This document shows positions 43,365-53,031 of a DNA stretch of 64,000 bases, one piece after another (positions within the stretch are counted from its first letter, which is position 1; the number at the start of each line of letters is the position of its first letter). The DNA comes from Halarcobacter sp. GTDB taxonomy: Bacteria > Campylobacterota > Campylobacteria > Campylobacterales > Arcobacteraceae. Under the pieces are notes generated by a model. It was not told the DNA's origin. It saw only the letters and a program-made list of their open reading frames with translations, and searched no databases. A program made the translations under genes and the position numbers. The stretch covers positions 1,504,001 to 1,568,000 of the forward strand of contig CP182352.1 of NCBI GenBank assembly GCA_048571215.1, given 5' to 3'.

Positions 43365-43907
43365 ATGATGAAACACTATATTCAAACCATTTTATTTTTT
43401 GTTATTGTACAAACTTTTGCTTATGCAAATGCACCCAAACCAGTTGATTTCGTTGACCCAAAAAAATTTAGTGGTTTATGGTATGAACTTGCTAGAACCT
43501 ATAATAGCTTTGAAAAAGACTGTGTAGGTTCAACTGTTGAGTATACCCCAACTAGTAAATTAGTATATAGTGTAAAAAACAGATGTTTTGAAAAAGATTT
43601 TTCTTCAAAAACAATTGAATACAATGGTACTGCTGTTCCCCTAGATGGTAATAATTTTTCACAAATAAAAAAAACATATTTTTGGATTTTTTCTTCTACT
43701 TATAGACTTATCTATTTAAATGACAACTATACATTAGCAATTATGACAGATGAAGAGATGGAACATGTATGGATAATGAGTAGAAAAGCAATTATAAAAA
43801 AAGAAAAATTAGAAAAACTAACTATATGGTTATCAAATTATATGAATATAAATAGATTAATCTATACTCCCCAAAAACCACAAGGAGATACAAATGAATC
43901 AAGATAA
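43365..43907 (+). CDS. Lipocalin family protein (exported, no lipobox)
   Basis: FSGLWYELAR, two Cys, VWIMSR; signal peptide ending AYA. Confidence 0.88.
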   Translation: MMKHYIQTILFFVIVQTFAYANAPKPVDFVDPKKFSGLWYELARTYNSFEKDCVGSTVEYTPTSKLVYSVKNRCFEKDFSSKTIEYNGTAVPLDGNNFSQIKKTYFWIFSSTYRLIYLNDNYTLAIMTDEEMEHVWIMSRKAIIKKEKLEKLTIWLSNYMNINRLIYTPQKPQGDTNESR

Positions 43908-45147
43908 AAAATACAAAATAGCAGTTCTTGGAGCTGGAATTAGTGGTTTAGGAGCTGCATATTTATTGAGTAAAAGACATGAAGTGGATCTTTATGAAAA
44001 AGAGTCTAGATTAGGTGGACATGCTAGAACTACTATGGTAAAAGAAACCCATAAGAGTTTTGGAGTTGATACAGGGTTTTTAGTATTTAATCACGAAACA
44101 TATCCACTTTTAACAAAACTATTTGAACAATTAGATGTAAAAATAGAAAACTCTGATATGAGTTTTGCTTTTTGGGATCAAAAGACTAATATAGCTTACA
44201 ATGGAGAATCTTTAAAGGGAATGTATTTTCAAAAAAGAAATATATTTTCATACTCACACAATAAAATGATTTTTGACATTTTAAAATTCAATAAAAAAGC
44301 AAATAAAGACCTTGAAGAGAATAATACAAATTTGGATTTGAATTTAGGTGAATATTTAGAACCCTATTCCAAATACTTTAAAGATAGATATATAATCCCT
44401 ATGGGAGCATCTATTTGGTCAACACCAACGGATAAAATGAATGATTTTCCTGCAAGAACCTTTATAAATTTTTTTAAAAATCATGGTCTATTAGGAGTTG
44501 ATACCCATCATCAATGGCTAACAGTTAGTGGAGGATCAATAAACTATGTAAATAAAATATCCCAACACATCTCTGGAAAAATCATAAAAAATAGCGATGT
44601 AACATCAGTAATAAGAGAAGAAAAACAAGTTATTTTAGTCCATAAAGATGGCAAAAAATCTTTTTATGACAAAGTTGTTTTTGCAATGCATGCACCTGAA
44701 GTATTAAAACTTTTAAAAAATCCTAGTGAAGATGAATTAAAAATTCTATCTGCTTTTAAATTTAAACAAAATGATGCAGTATTACATAATGATAAAAAAG
44801 CACTTTATCCTGACAAAAATATATATGCTGCATGGAACTATAAAACAAATGGTGAAGAAAAAAGTGTAACCCTATCATATTGGATTAATAGGTTACAAAA
44901 TCTAAATTCAACTAAAGAGTATTTTGTTTCTCTAAATGAAACAGAACAATTAAATGAAGTTATTGAAAGAATAAGTTACGAACACCCACAGTTTGATAAA
45001 GAAGCTATCCAAGCCCAATCAAAAAAAGAGTTAATCAGTGGTAAAAACAACACCTATTATGCTGGGGCATATTGGCGTTATGGTTTTCACGAAGATGGTT
45101 TATATAGTGCAAACTGTATTGCAAAAGAGTTTGGATGTGAATTATGA
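43894..45147 (+). CDS. FAD-dependent oxidoreductase, UfaD (RSP1091)-like fatty acyl desaturase candidate
   Basis: GAGISG, RLGGHART, VDTGFLVFN...YP, AAWNY, YEHP, GAYWRYGFHEDG. Confidence 0.88.
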   Translation: MNQDKKYKIAVLGAGISGLGAAYLLSKRHEVDLYEKESRLGGHARTTMVKETHKSFGVDTGFLVFNHETYPLLTKLFEQLDVKIENSDMSFAFWDQKTNIAYNGESLKGMYFQKRNIFSYSHNKMIFDILKFNKKANKDLEENNTNLDLNLGEYLEPYSKYFKDRYIIPMGASIWSTPTDKMNDFPARTFINFFKNHGLLGVDTHHQWLTVSGGSINYVNKISQHISGKIIKNSDVTSVIREEKQVILVHKDGKKSFYDKVVFAMHAPEVLKLLKNPSEDELKILSAFKFKQNDAVLHNDKKALYPDKNIYAAWNYKTNGEEKSVTLSYWINRLQNLNSTKEYFVSLNETEQLNEVIERISYEHPQFDKEAIQAQSKKELISGKNNTYYAGAYWRYGFHEDGLYSANCIAKEFGCEL

Positions 45148-45884
45148 ATCATAAATTTATAGATGGGAAAATATATCATAAAAGATATCTACCTAAAAAA
45201 CACGATTTTGAATACAAGTTTTTTATGCTTGATATTGATATATCAAGTTTCCAAGAGTTAAAAAATAGATACTTTTCTATAAATAGTTTTAATCTTTTTT
45301 CATTTTATACAAAAGACCATTTTGGCAAAAAAAATGAGTTTAAACAAAATATAAAAGATCTACTAAATAAATATTCTATTAAAGAAACAAAAGAAATGAG
45401 ATTTATAACCTTACCTTCTATTTTAGGATATGTATTCAACCCAATAAGTGTTTTAATACTATTTGAAAATGACAAACCTAAAAGTATGATAGCAGAAGTT
45501 CATAATTACAACGGTGGTAGAGTTATTTATCCTGTAGATTTAATAAGTGAAGATGAAAGATTTTATAAAGGAAAAGTTAAAAAAGATATGTATGTCTCCC
45601 CATTTTTTGAACGAGATGGAAAATATGAGTTTGACTTAATATATACAAAAGAAGAGCTTGTTTTAACTGTTAAATTATTTGAAAAAGATAAAAAGATGTT
45701 GATATCAACCTTTACGGGTAAAAGTAAAGAGTTTAATGAGAAAAATATCATCTCATTGTTTTTTAAACATACACTTTTAACCGTATGGGTTGTGACTAGA
45801 ACTATATGGCAAAGTATAAAACTAAAACTAAAAGGTTTATCCTGGAATAAACCAACACCCCAAGATCAATTTAGGAGGTTCTGA
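45144..45884 (+). CDS. DUF1365 family protein, UfaO (RSP1090)-like
   Basis: HKRYLPKKHDFEY, LGYVFNPIS, AEVHN, KDMYVSPFF, IWQSIKLKLKG. Confidence 0.85.
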   Translation: MNHKFIDGKIYHKRYLPKKHDFEYKFFMLDIDISSFQELKNRYFSINSFNLFSFYTKDHFGKKNEFKQNIKDLLNKYSIKETKEMRFITLPSILGYVFNPISVLILFENDKPKSMIAEVHNYNGGRVIYPVDLISEDERFYKGKVKKDMYVSPFFERDGKYEFDLIYTKEELVLTVKLFEKDKKMLISTFTGKSKEFNEKNIISLFFKHTLLTVWVVTRTIWQSIKLKLKGLSWNKPTPQDQFRRF

Positions 45885-45886
45885 TT

Positions 45887-47113
45887 ATGGAAACTTTTTG
45901 GAATAAAGTAGGAGATAAATTTTTATCTAAAATAAAAGAGGGAACCTTAGAAGTTACCTTTTCAAATGGAAAAACTAGAATATATGGCAATAATAAAAAA
46001 CCAAAAGCTAAACTTTTATTAAACAATGCAAATATTTTTAAAAGACTAACTTTATATGGTGACATAGGCTTTGCAGAGAGTTATATGGACAAAGACTTTG
46101 AATGTGATAATTTAAGTTCTTTAATAGAGATTGCTTTAATAAATTCAGATTCTCTTGAAACAAAAAGTGAAGATGAAAAAAGATTGAGTTTTTATAATCT
46201 ATTTCCAGTATTAAATAAAATAAAACACTATATGAGAAGAAACTCAAAAACCAGATCTCAAAAAAACATATCACAACATTACGATTTATCAAATCAATTT
46301 TTTAAGCTTATGTTAGATGATACAATGATGTATTCATCAGCTGTTTTTGAAAACCCAAATGAATCTTTATATGAAGCTCAAAAAAGAAAAATCGACATTT
46401 TGGCAAAAAAACTAAATCTAAAAAAAGGCTCAAAAGTTTTAGAAATAGGCTCAGGATGGGGAGCAATGGCTATGCATTTGGTAAAAGAGTATGAGTGTGA
46501 AGTTACTACACTAACTCTATCAAAGGAGCAAAAAAAACTTTGTGAAGATAGGTTTAAAGAGCATAATATTGAAGAGTCAATTAATATCATGCTAAAAGAT
46601 TATAGGGATATGAAAGGTGAGTTTGATGCAATTATAGCAGTTGAGATGTTTGAGGCTGTAGGGCGCGAATATTTTGATGTGTTCTTTAAAAAATGTGAAT
46701 CTTTATTAAATCCTACTGGTATTTTAGTGATGCAGATTATTACAATGCCAGATCAAAGATATTCTTCATATTGCAATGGGACAGATTTTATTCAAAAATA
46801 TATTTTCCCTGGTGGTCATCTTCCAAGTGTAGGTAAGATATTAGATGTAACAACAAATCATACAAAACTAAACCTATTGCATATGGAAGAGTTTACAGAA
46901 CACTATGCAAAAACATTAAATATCTGGCATAAAAACTTTAATACAAAGATTGATGAAATAAAAGATTTAGGCTTTGATGAGTATTTCATAAGAATGTGGA
47001 GAATGTATCTATGTTATTGTGAAGCAGCTTTTTTAACTAGAAATATAAATTTAGTTCAAGTAGCTTTTACTAGATATCAAAATATTGCCTTAAACAAAGG
47101 ATTAGTAGCATGA
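45887..47113 (+). CDS. Cyclopropane-fatty-acyl-phospholipid synthase family methyltransferase (UfaM/Cfa-like)
   Basis: GFAESYM, NISQHYDLSN, MMYSSA, LEIGSGWG, EMFEAVG, FIQKYIFPGG, WRMYLCYCEAAF. Confidence 0.93.
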   Translation: METFWNKVGDKFLSKIKEGTLEVTFSNGKTRIYGNNKKPKAKLLLNNANIFKRLTLYGDIGFAESYMDKDFECDNLSSLIEIALINSDSLETKSEDEKRLSFYNLFPVLNKIKHYMRRNSKTRSQKNISQHYDLSNQFFKLMLDDTMMYSSAVFENPNESLYEAQKRKIDILAKKLNLKKGSKVLEIGSGWGAMAMHLVKEYECEVTTLTLSKEQKKLCEDRFKEHNIEESINIMLKDYRDMKGEFDAIIAVEMFEAVGREYFDVFFKKCESLLNPTGILVMQIITMPDQRYSSYCNGTDFIQKYIFPGGHLPSVGKILDVTTNHTKLNLLHMEEFTEHYAKTLNIWHKNFNTKIDEIKDLGFDEYFIRMWRMYLCYCEAAFLTRNINLVQVAFTRYQNIALNKGLVA

Positions 47114-47643
47114 GATTAAAATATATATTTTTTACTATGATTTTAGTAATTTTTACAGGATGTACAAGCATGAAAATAGAAGATTTTACAAACAAAAAAC
47201 CAGAGTTTATCCCACAAGAGTATTTCAATGGAAAACTAACAGCTTATGGGATGGTTAAAGATAGAGGTGGTAAGATAATTAAAACCTTTAAAGGGGACCT
47301 AATAGGAAGTTGGGATAAGGATGGTGTTGGAACATTAGATGAAAGTTTTGTATATGACAATGGCGAGGTACAAAAAAGAGTTTGGACTTTAAAGCCAACT
47401 GGAGAAAAAACTTTTATAGCAACAGCTGGTGATATAGTTGGTGATGCACATATGATAGCAAATGGAAATACAGTTATGATTGATTATACTATGAGAGTTC
47501 CTTATAATGATACAACTATTGATTTAAATGTAAAAGACTGGTTACATCTACAAAGTGACGGAGTGATATTAAACCACTCAAAAATGAAAAAATTTGGCTT
47601 TGTAGTTGGAGAACTTGTAATTACAATAATAAAAGAGAACTAA
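47110..47643 (+). CDS. DUF3833-like lipoprotein
   Basis: Lipobox FTGC, YFNGKLTAYG, LDESFVYDNGEVQKRVWTL, KFGFVVGEL. Confidence 0.8.
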   Translation: MRLKYIFFTMILVIFTGCTSMKIEDFTNKKPEFIPQEYFNGKLTAYGMVKDRGGKIIKTFKGDLIGSWDKDGVGTLDESFVYDNGEVQKRVWTLKPTGEKTFIATAGDIVGDAHMIANGNTVMIDYTMRVPYNDTTIDLNVKDWLHLQSDGVILNHSKMKKFGFVVGELVITIIKEN

Positions 47644-48005
47644 TGAAAAGTCTAATTATGATAGCCCATGGAAGCAAAAAAGAAAAATCTAACAATGAAT
47701 TTTCTTTTTTAGTTAAACAAATAAAAGAATCAAGTCAATCTTATATGAAAGTTGAAGAGGCTTTTTTGGAGTTTGCAACTCCAAGTTTAGAAGACTCAAT
47801 AAAAAAATGTTTACAAGATGATGTGCAAGAAATAGATATTTATCCATTTTTTCTAAATTCTGGTAAACATGTAACAATTGATATACCTAATATTATAAAA
47901 GATTTCCAAATTAAATATCCTTTAATTGATTTTGTTATTTTGAATCATTTTGGTAAATCAGATAAAATAAAGGATATAGTTTTATCAGATTTAGCTAAAA
48001 AGTAA
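47643..48005 (+). CDS. Small CbiX/SirB-family chelatase domain protein
   Basis: IAHGS, AFLEFATPSL, PFFLNSGKHVTIDIP. Confidence 0.85.
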   Translation: MKSLIMIAHGSKKEKSNNEFSFLVKQIKESSQSYMKVEEAFLEFATPSLEDSIKKCLQDDVQEIDIYPFFLNSGKHVTIDIPNIIKDFQIKYPLIDFVILNHFGKSDKIKDIVLSDLAKK

Positions 48006-48012
48006 GGTTTAT

Positions 48013-48792
48013 ATGAAAGTAGTATTAACAATAGCAGGAAGTGATAGTAGCGGTGGTGCAGGTATTCAAGCTGACTTGAAAACCTTTGAAGCTTTTGGGG
48101 TATTTGGATGTAGTGCACTTACAGTACTAACAGCACAAAATACAAAAGGTGTAACAGATATATATGAAATAAGTCCAGAGTTTGTTAAAAAACAAATAAA
48201 AGCAGTATTAGAAGATTTTGATGTAGCAGCAATAAAAATTGGAATGCTTTTCTCAAATGATATTATAAATACAGTAAGAGAAATGATTAAAGATTTAGAT
48301 ATACCAATCATTTTTGACCCTGTATTTATCTCAAAAGCTGGATCAAAACTTTTAAATGATGATGCAATAGAAAACCTAAAAACCCTATTTGAGTATTCAA
48401 GTTTAATTACCCCTAATCTATTTGAGGCTAAGGCTTTATTTGATTATGATATATTAAATGAAGAATCTATTAAAAAAATAGAAAAGTTACCCTGTAGAGT
48501 TGTTATAAAAAATGACAAAATCATAAAAGATGAAGACTCAATAAGTTTGGATACTCTTTTTGAGAATAAAGAAAAAAGAGTTTTTTATACAAAACTAATT
48601 GATACTACAAATACCCATGGAACTGGTTGTAGTTTCTCTAGTGCTATTGCTGCAAATATAGCCTTAGGTAAAAGTTTTGAAGATGCCATAAAAATATCAA
48701 AAGACTTTATCTACAATGCAGTAATAAATGCTCCAAACTTAGGAAATGGTATGGGACCAATAGCACATAAAAAAGGTTATGAAAGCTTATAA
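48013..48792 (+). CDS. thiD: Hydroxymethylpyrimidine/phosphomethylpyrimidine kinase
   Basis: LTIAGSDSSGGAGIQADLKTF, TAQNT, THGTGCSFSSAIAA. Confidence 0.93.
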   Translation: MKVVLTIAGSDSSGGAGIQADLKTFEAFGVFGCSALTVLTAQNTKGVTDIYEISPEFVKKQIKAVLEDFDVAAIKIGMLFSNDIINTVREMIKDLDIPIIFDPVFISKAGSKLLNDDAIENLKTLFEYSSLITPNLFEAKALFDYDILNEESIKKIEKLPCRVVIKNDKIIKDEDSISLDTLFENKEKRVFYTKLIDTTNTHGTGCSFSSAIAANIALGKSFEDAIKISKDFIYNAVINAPNLGNGMGPIAHKKGYESL

Positions 48793-48903
48793 ATAATAAA
48801 ATATTTTTAAAATATATCTATTAAATTATGAACTAACATTTTTTTAGTACTAAAAGTATATATTTAGATGTAAAATCATTAATATAATCAAAAAGGAGTA
48901 TAT

Positions 48904-49170
48904 ATGCTTAGAGAATTGATTTTTACAGGTCTTGGAGCAAGTTCTTTATTAAAAGATAAATTTGAAGAGGAACTAAAAGTTCTTGAAAAAAAAGGTAAAA
49001 TAAAAAAACAAGATGCCAAAGATCTTCTAAAAAGACTAGAAAAAAAAGGTAAAATAGAAGATAAAAAACTAAAAAAAGAGCTTAGAGCTCATCTAAAAGA
49101 GCTTATAAATGAGTTAGGTTTAGTTACAAAAAAAGATTTAAAAAAATTTAAAGATGAACTAAATAAATAG
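48904..49170 (+). CDS. Small phasin-like / granule-associated helical protein
   Basis: LIFTGLGA...LEKKGKI...LGLVTKKDL pattern; RBS AAGGAG. Confidence 0.6.
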   Translation: MLRELIFTGLGASSLLKDKFEEELKVLEKKGKIKKQDAKDLLKRLEKKGKIEDKKLKKELRAHLKELINELGLVTKKDLKKFKDELNK

Positions 49171-49182
49171 TTTGGAGAATAA

Positions 49183-49821
49183 ATGGCTGATTTGTCAAAA
49201 ATGAGACAAGAGTATGCTATAAAGGGTTTAGAAAAAGAGGATTTACTTCAAGACCCATTTGAACAGTTTGAAAAATGGTTTAATGAAGCCCTTGAAGCAA
49301 AACTACTTGAACCAAATGCTTTTACACTAAGTACAGTAGGAAAAGATTTAAAACCTACACAAAGAACTGTTTTACTTAAAATGTATGACAAAAAAGGTTT
49401 TACTTTTTTTTCAAATTATAATAGTAAAAAATCAAAACATATTGATGAAAATCCATATGTATCAGCTCATTTTGCTTGGTTGGGATTAGAAAGACAAGTA
49501 AGAATAGAAGGTATTGTAAAAAAGATTCCTAAAGGTGAGTCTTTAAAATATTTTCTTTCAAGACCTAAGGGTAGTCAAATTGGTGCTTGGGTATCTCACC
49601 AAAGCCAAATTATAAACTCTAGGTCTATTTTAGAAACAAAATTTGATGAGATGAGAAAAAAATTTGCAAAGGGAGAGATACCCTTTCCATCATTTTGGGG
49701 TGGATATCAAATTGTTCCAAACTATTTTGAGTTTTGGCAAGGTGGATTAAACAGATTACACGATAGATTTGTTTACCAATTAATAGATAAACAATGGGAG
49801 ATATATAGACTAGAACCCTAA
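49183..49821 (+). CDS. pdxH: Pyridoxine/pyridoxamine 5'-phosphate oxidase
   Basis: RTVLLK, RQVRIEG, YFLSRPKGSQIGAW, FEFWQGGLNRLHDR. Confidence 0.95.
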   Translation: MADLSKMRQEYAIKGLEKEDLLQDPFEQFEKWFNEALEAKLLEPNAFTLSTVGKDLKPTQRTVLLKMYDKKGFTFFSNYNSKKSKHIDENPYVSAHFAWLGLERQVRIEGIVKKIPKGESLKYFLSRPKGSQIGAWVSHQSQIINSRSILETKFDEMRKKFAKGEIPFPSFWGGYQIVPNYFEFWQGGLNRLHDRFVYQLIDKQWEIYRLEP

Positions 49822-49830
49822 GGAGATATT

Positions 49831-50898
49831 ATGGAATGTGATAAATGTAATGAAAACTTTAGTTTTCAAGAGTTAACATCGAAAATCTATTTTATAAGTG
49901 AATATGATAGTCTAATGGCAAAAAGTAGAATCTTTCTTATGAAGTTAGGATTTGATATACATAAAATTCATGACCTACACTATATAAAAGTTGAAAATAC
50001 GAAAATATTTTTTCATTCAAATATAGATGCCATCAAAACCTACTTCAATACCCTTGAAGCAGAAAAAATCCAACTTTATATAGAGTATGAAAACCTTGGT
50101 TTTTCATATAAAACTATTCTAAATGCAAAACCATTACAAAGGTATATAAACCTTATTGATGACAAAGATTTTTTTGATGTTATAAATAATCAATCTCTAA
50201 CTTCACATTTTCAACCAATCATTAAAGCAAAAGATACTTCAATATATGGATATGAGTGTTTAATTAGAGGAGTAAACCCTGATGGTTCTTTAATGTATCC
50301 AGATGTTCTTTTTAAAAAATCTTCTAGAAATGATATGAACTTCAATCTAGATAGACTTTGTAGAGAAAATGCTTTAAAAACAGCAGCCACAAAAAAGATA
50401 AATAAAAAAATCTTCGTTAACTTTATTCCAACAAGTATCTATGACCCTGAGTATTGTCTAAAATCAACAGTAAAATGGGCAAAACAATTAGAGTTTGATC
50501 TAAGTAATATTATATTTGAAGTTGTAGAAACAGAACAGGTACAAGATCAAAAACATCTAAAAAATATATTAGAGTTCTACAGAAATAAAGGGTTTAAAAT
50601 AGCCTTAGATGATGTGGGAGAGGGTTATTCTGGGTTAAATCGTATTATAAGCCTAAAACCAGATATTATAAAAGTAGATAGAAATATCATACAAGATATT
50701 GATACAAATGAGCTAAAACAATCTGTATATAAAGCTTTATACAATCTATCAAAAGAGAACAATATAGAAATATTAGCAGAAGGTGTTGAAACAGCTTATG
50801 AATTAGAGATTATAAAAAATATTGGTGTTGATTATATACAGGGATACTATTTCGCTAAACCAATAAGTGAACCAATAAGAAAAATCGCCAAAGGATAA
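49831..50898 (+). CDS. EAL-domain c-di-GMP phosphodiesterase
   Basis: FQPI, YECLIR (EAL variant), FEVVETE, ALDDVGEGYS, IKVDR, AEGVET, QGYYFAKP. Confidence 0.88.
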   Translation: MECDKCNENFSFQELTSKIYFISEYDSLMAKSRIFLMKLGFDIHKIHDLHYIKVENTKIFFHSNIDAIKTYFNTLEAEKIQLYIEYENLGFSYKTILNAKPLQRYINLIDDKDFFDVINNQSLTSHFQPIIKAKDTSIYGYECLIRGVNPDGSLMYPDVLFKKSSRNDMNFNLDRLCRENALKTAATKKINKKIFVNFIPTSIYDPEYCLKSTVKWAKQLEFDLSNIIFEVVETEQVQDQKHLKNILEFYRNKGFKIALDDVGEGYSGLNRIISLKPDIIKVDRNIIQDIDTNELKQSVYKALYNLSKENNIEILAEGVETAYELEIIKNIGVDYIQGYYFAKPISEPIRKIAKG

Positions 50899-50901
50899 AT
50901 T

Positions 50902-52440
50902 ATAAAAAATTATTCTCCACTTAGAATATATAAGGTATTTTTATTTTTATTAACAATATATTTAGTTATAAAGAAAAAAGATAGATTTCTTATTTTTAAA
51001 CCTTTATCTGCAAAAAAACTAAAAAAATATATTATTGATTTAGGAGCTAGTTTTATAAAATTAGCACAAGTATTAGCAACTAGAGCTGATTTTTTTACAT
51101 ATGAATATTTAGATGAATTAAAAACCTTACATGATCAAATTACACCAATGAAAGAAAAAGAGTTTCATGAAGTTTTTAATAAAGCTTTTAAGGATAAAAC
51201 TATCTTTAAAGAGTTTTCAGATACTCCCATAGCATCAGCTTCAATAGGTCAAGTCCATGTTGCATATTTACAAAATGATAAAAAAGTAGCAGTAAAACTA
51301 AGAAGAGCTGGGATAAAAAAACAAGTCTTGGCAGATATAAAAATAATTAACTTTTTTAATAATATCTTTAAACCCCTATTCTCCTCTTATACAAAAAACT
51401 CTATAGATGCTGTAATCTCTGAATTTTCTAAAATGATTGTTCAAGAGGTATCATTAAACCAAGAGTTACAAAATCTAAAAAACTTTAAAAAAGTATACAA
51501 ACAACAAAAAATAAGATTTCCAAAGGCTTATAGAAAATATTCAAGTGATGATGCACTTGTAATGAGTTTTGAAGAGGGTTTTAGATTTGATGATAAGGAA
51601 AATATATTAAAACACAATATTAATTTCAAAAAAATTATATCTAATCTTGTAAACTTCTATACAACTCAAATGTTAATAAATGGATATTTTCATGCTGATC
51701 CACATCCAGGGAATCTATTAGTTAATACAAAAGGTGAACTTATACTTCTTGATTTTGGGATGGTAAAAACAGTACCAAACGATAAAAGAGTTGCTATAAT
51801 CGAGTTAATAAAAGCAGCAAATGAGCAAGATTATGAAACTTATATTAGTGCAAGTAAAAGACTAGGAACAATCGCATATGAAGCTCCAAGTAATGAGTTA
51901 GCAGAATTTACCTCTAAAATGTTTGATATATTTTCAAATGATAATTTAGATAGCCAATCTATGCAAACCTTGGCTTTTGAGGTTTTAGAACAAACTAGAG
52001 ACTTACCTTTTAAACTCCCAAGTGATGCCATATATATACTAAGAGTAAGTGCAATAATAGAAGGTCTTGGAACAACTTACATTGAAAACTTCAATGGGGT
52101 AAAAGATATTTTGCCAATCTTAATTAAAAATATCCCAAAAGCGATTGGAGCAAAAGAGTCTATAACTGAAACCTTAATCCAAGAGATAAAAGAGCTACCT
52201 TTTATAACAAAAGATTTTAAAACAATGATAAGAAAGGCTAGTGAAGGTAGCCTAGAAGTTGAAGTATCAAAAGCACAATTAGAGTATTTAGGAAAAAGCT
52301 CAAAAGAGTATCTAAAAAGTTCATTTATCTCTTTTTCTATAATATTTGCTTCTATTTTTTATACTTTGTATGGCATTGAACCAAAAGAGTTATCGATAGT
52401 TTTATTTTTGATTGGCTTTTTAAGATTAATTTATAAATAA
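50902..52440 (+). CDS. ABC1/UbiB (AarF) family kinase, probable non-AUG start
   Basis: LGASFIKLAQVLATRAD lies in frame upstream of the first ATG (51148); IASASIGQVH, VAVK, FHADPHPGN, DFG. Confidence 0.85.
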   Translation: MKNYSPLRIYKVFLFLLTIYLVIKKKDRFLIFKPLSAKKLKKYIIDLGASFIKLAQVLATRADFFTYEYLDELKTLHDQITPMKEKEFHEVFNKAFKDKTIFKEFSDTPIASASIGQVHVAYLQNDKKVAVKLRRAGIKKQVLADIKIINFFNNIFKPLFSSYTKNSIDAVISEFSKMIVQEVSLNQELQNLKNFKKVYKQQKIRFPKAYRKYSSDDALVMSFEEGFRFDDKENILKHNINFKKIISNLVNFYTTQMLINGYFHADPHPGNLLVNTKGELILLDFGMVKTVPNDKRVAIIELIKAANEQDYETYISASKRLGTIAYEAPSNELAEFTSKMFDIFSNDNLDSQSMQTLAFEVLEQTRDLPFKLPSDAIYILRVSAIIEGLGTTYIENFNGVKDILPILIKNIPKAIGAKESITETLIQEIKELPFITKDFKTMIRKASEGSLEVEVSKAQLEYLGKSSKEYLKSSFISFSIIFASIFYTLYGIEPKELSIVLFLIGFLRLIYK

Positions 52441-52452
52441 AAAGGATGAAAA

Positions 52453-52965
52453 ATGAAAAATCTAATAATGATAGTATTGAGTATTTTATTCTTCGTAGGA
52501 TGTGCTCCAAAAGATCCAAATATAAAAAGCGTAACTTATGTAAACCTAGATAAATACCTTGGAACTTGGTATGAAATAGCAAGATATGAACACTTTTTTG
52601 AAAAAGATTGCAAAAATGTTACTGCCACATACGAAGTACTAAAAGATGACAAAATTAAAGTTATCAATAGATGTCAATTAATCACTACAAATGAGAAAAA
52701 AGAAGCAATTGGTAAAGCATATACAGTTGATGACACAAATTCAAAATTAAAAGTTAGTTTCTTTTGGCCTTTTTATGGTGACTATTGGGTTATTATGTTA
52801 GCAGATGATTACTCATATGCGGTTGTTAGTGAACCAACAAAAGAGTATTTATGGATTTTATCAAGGGAAAAAAATCTGCATAAAAATATAAAAAATAATA
52901 TTTTAAATAAATTAAAAGAATTAGACTATGATACTTCAAAACTTATCTGGACTATTCAAGAATAA
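52453..52965 (+). CDS. Outer-membrane lipoprotein lipocalin (Blc-like)
   Basis: Lipobox FVGC, YLGTWYEIAR, KLKVSFFWPFYGDYWV, YLWILSR. Confidence 0.92.
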   Translation: MKNLIMIVLSILFFVGCAPKDPNIKSVTYVNLDKYLGTWYEIARYEHFFEKDCKNVTATYEVLKDDKIKVINRCQLITTNEKKEAIGKAYTVDDTNSKLKVSFFWPFYGDYWVIMLADDYSYAVVSEPTKEYLWILSREKNLHKNIKNNILNKLKELDYDTSKLIWTIQE

Positions 52966-52972
52966 AAATATC

Positions 52973-53006
52973 CTGTAATCAAATTGTCATAATTCTTTTA
53001 TAAAAT
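52973..53006 (+). promoter_or_regulatory. Pho-box-like direct repeat plus -10
   Basis: CTGTAAT-caaa-TTGTCAT (52973-52990), 10 nt, TAAAAT (53001-53006). Confidence 0.5.
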
Positions 53007-53031
53007 AACTTCTTGCAACCAAGGAGTTATT

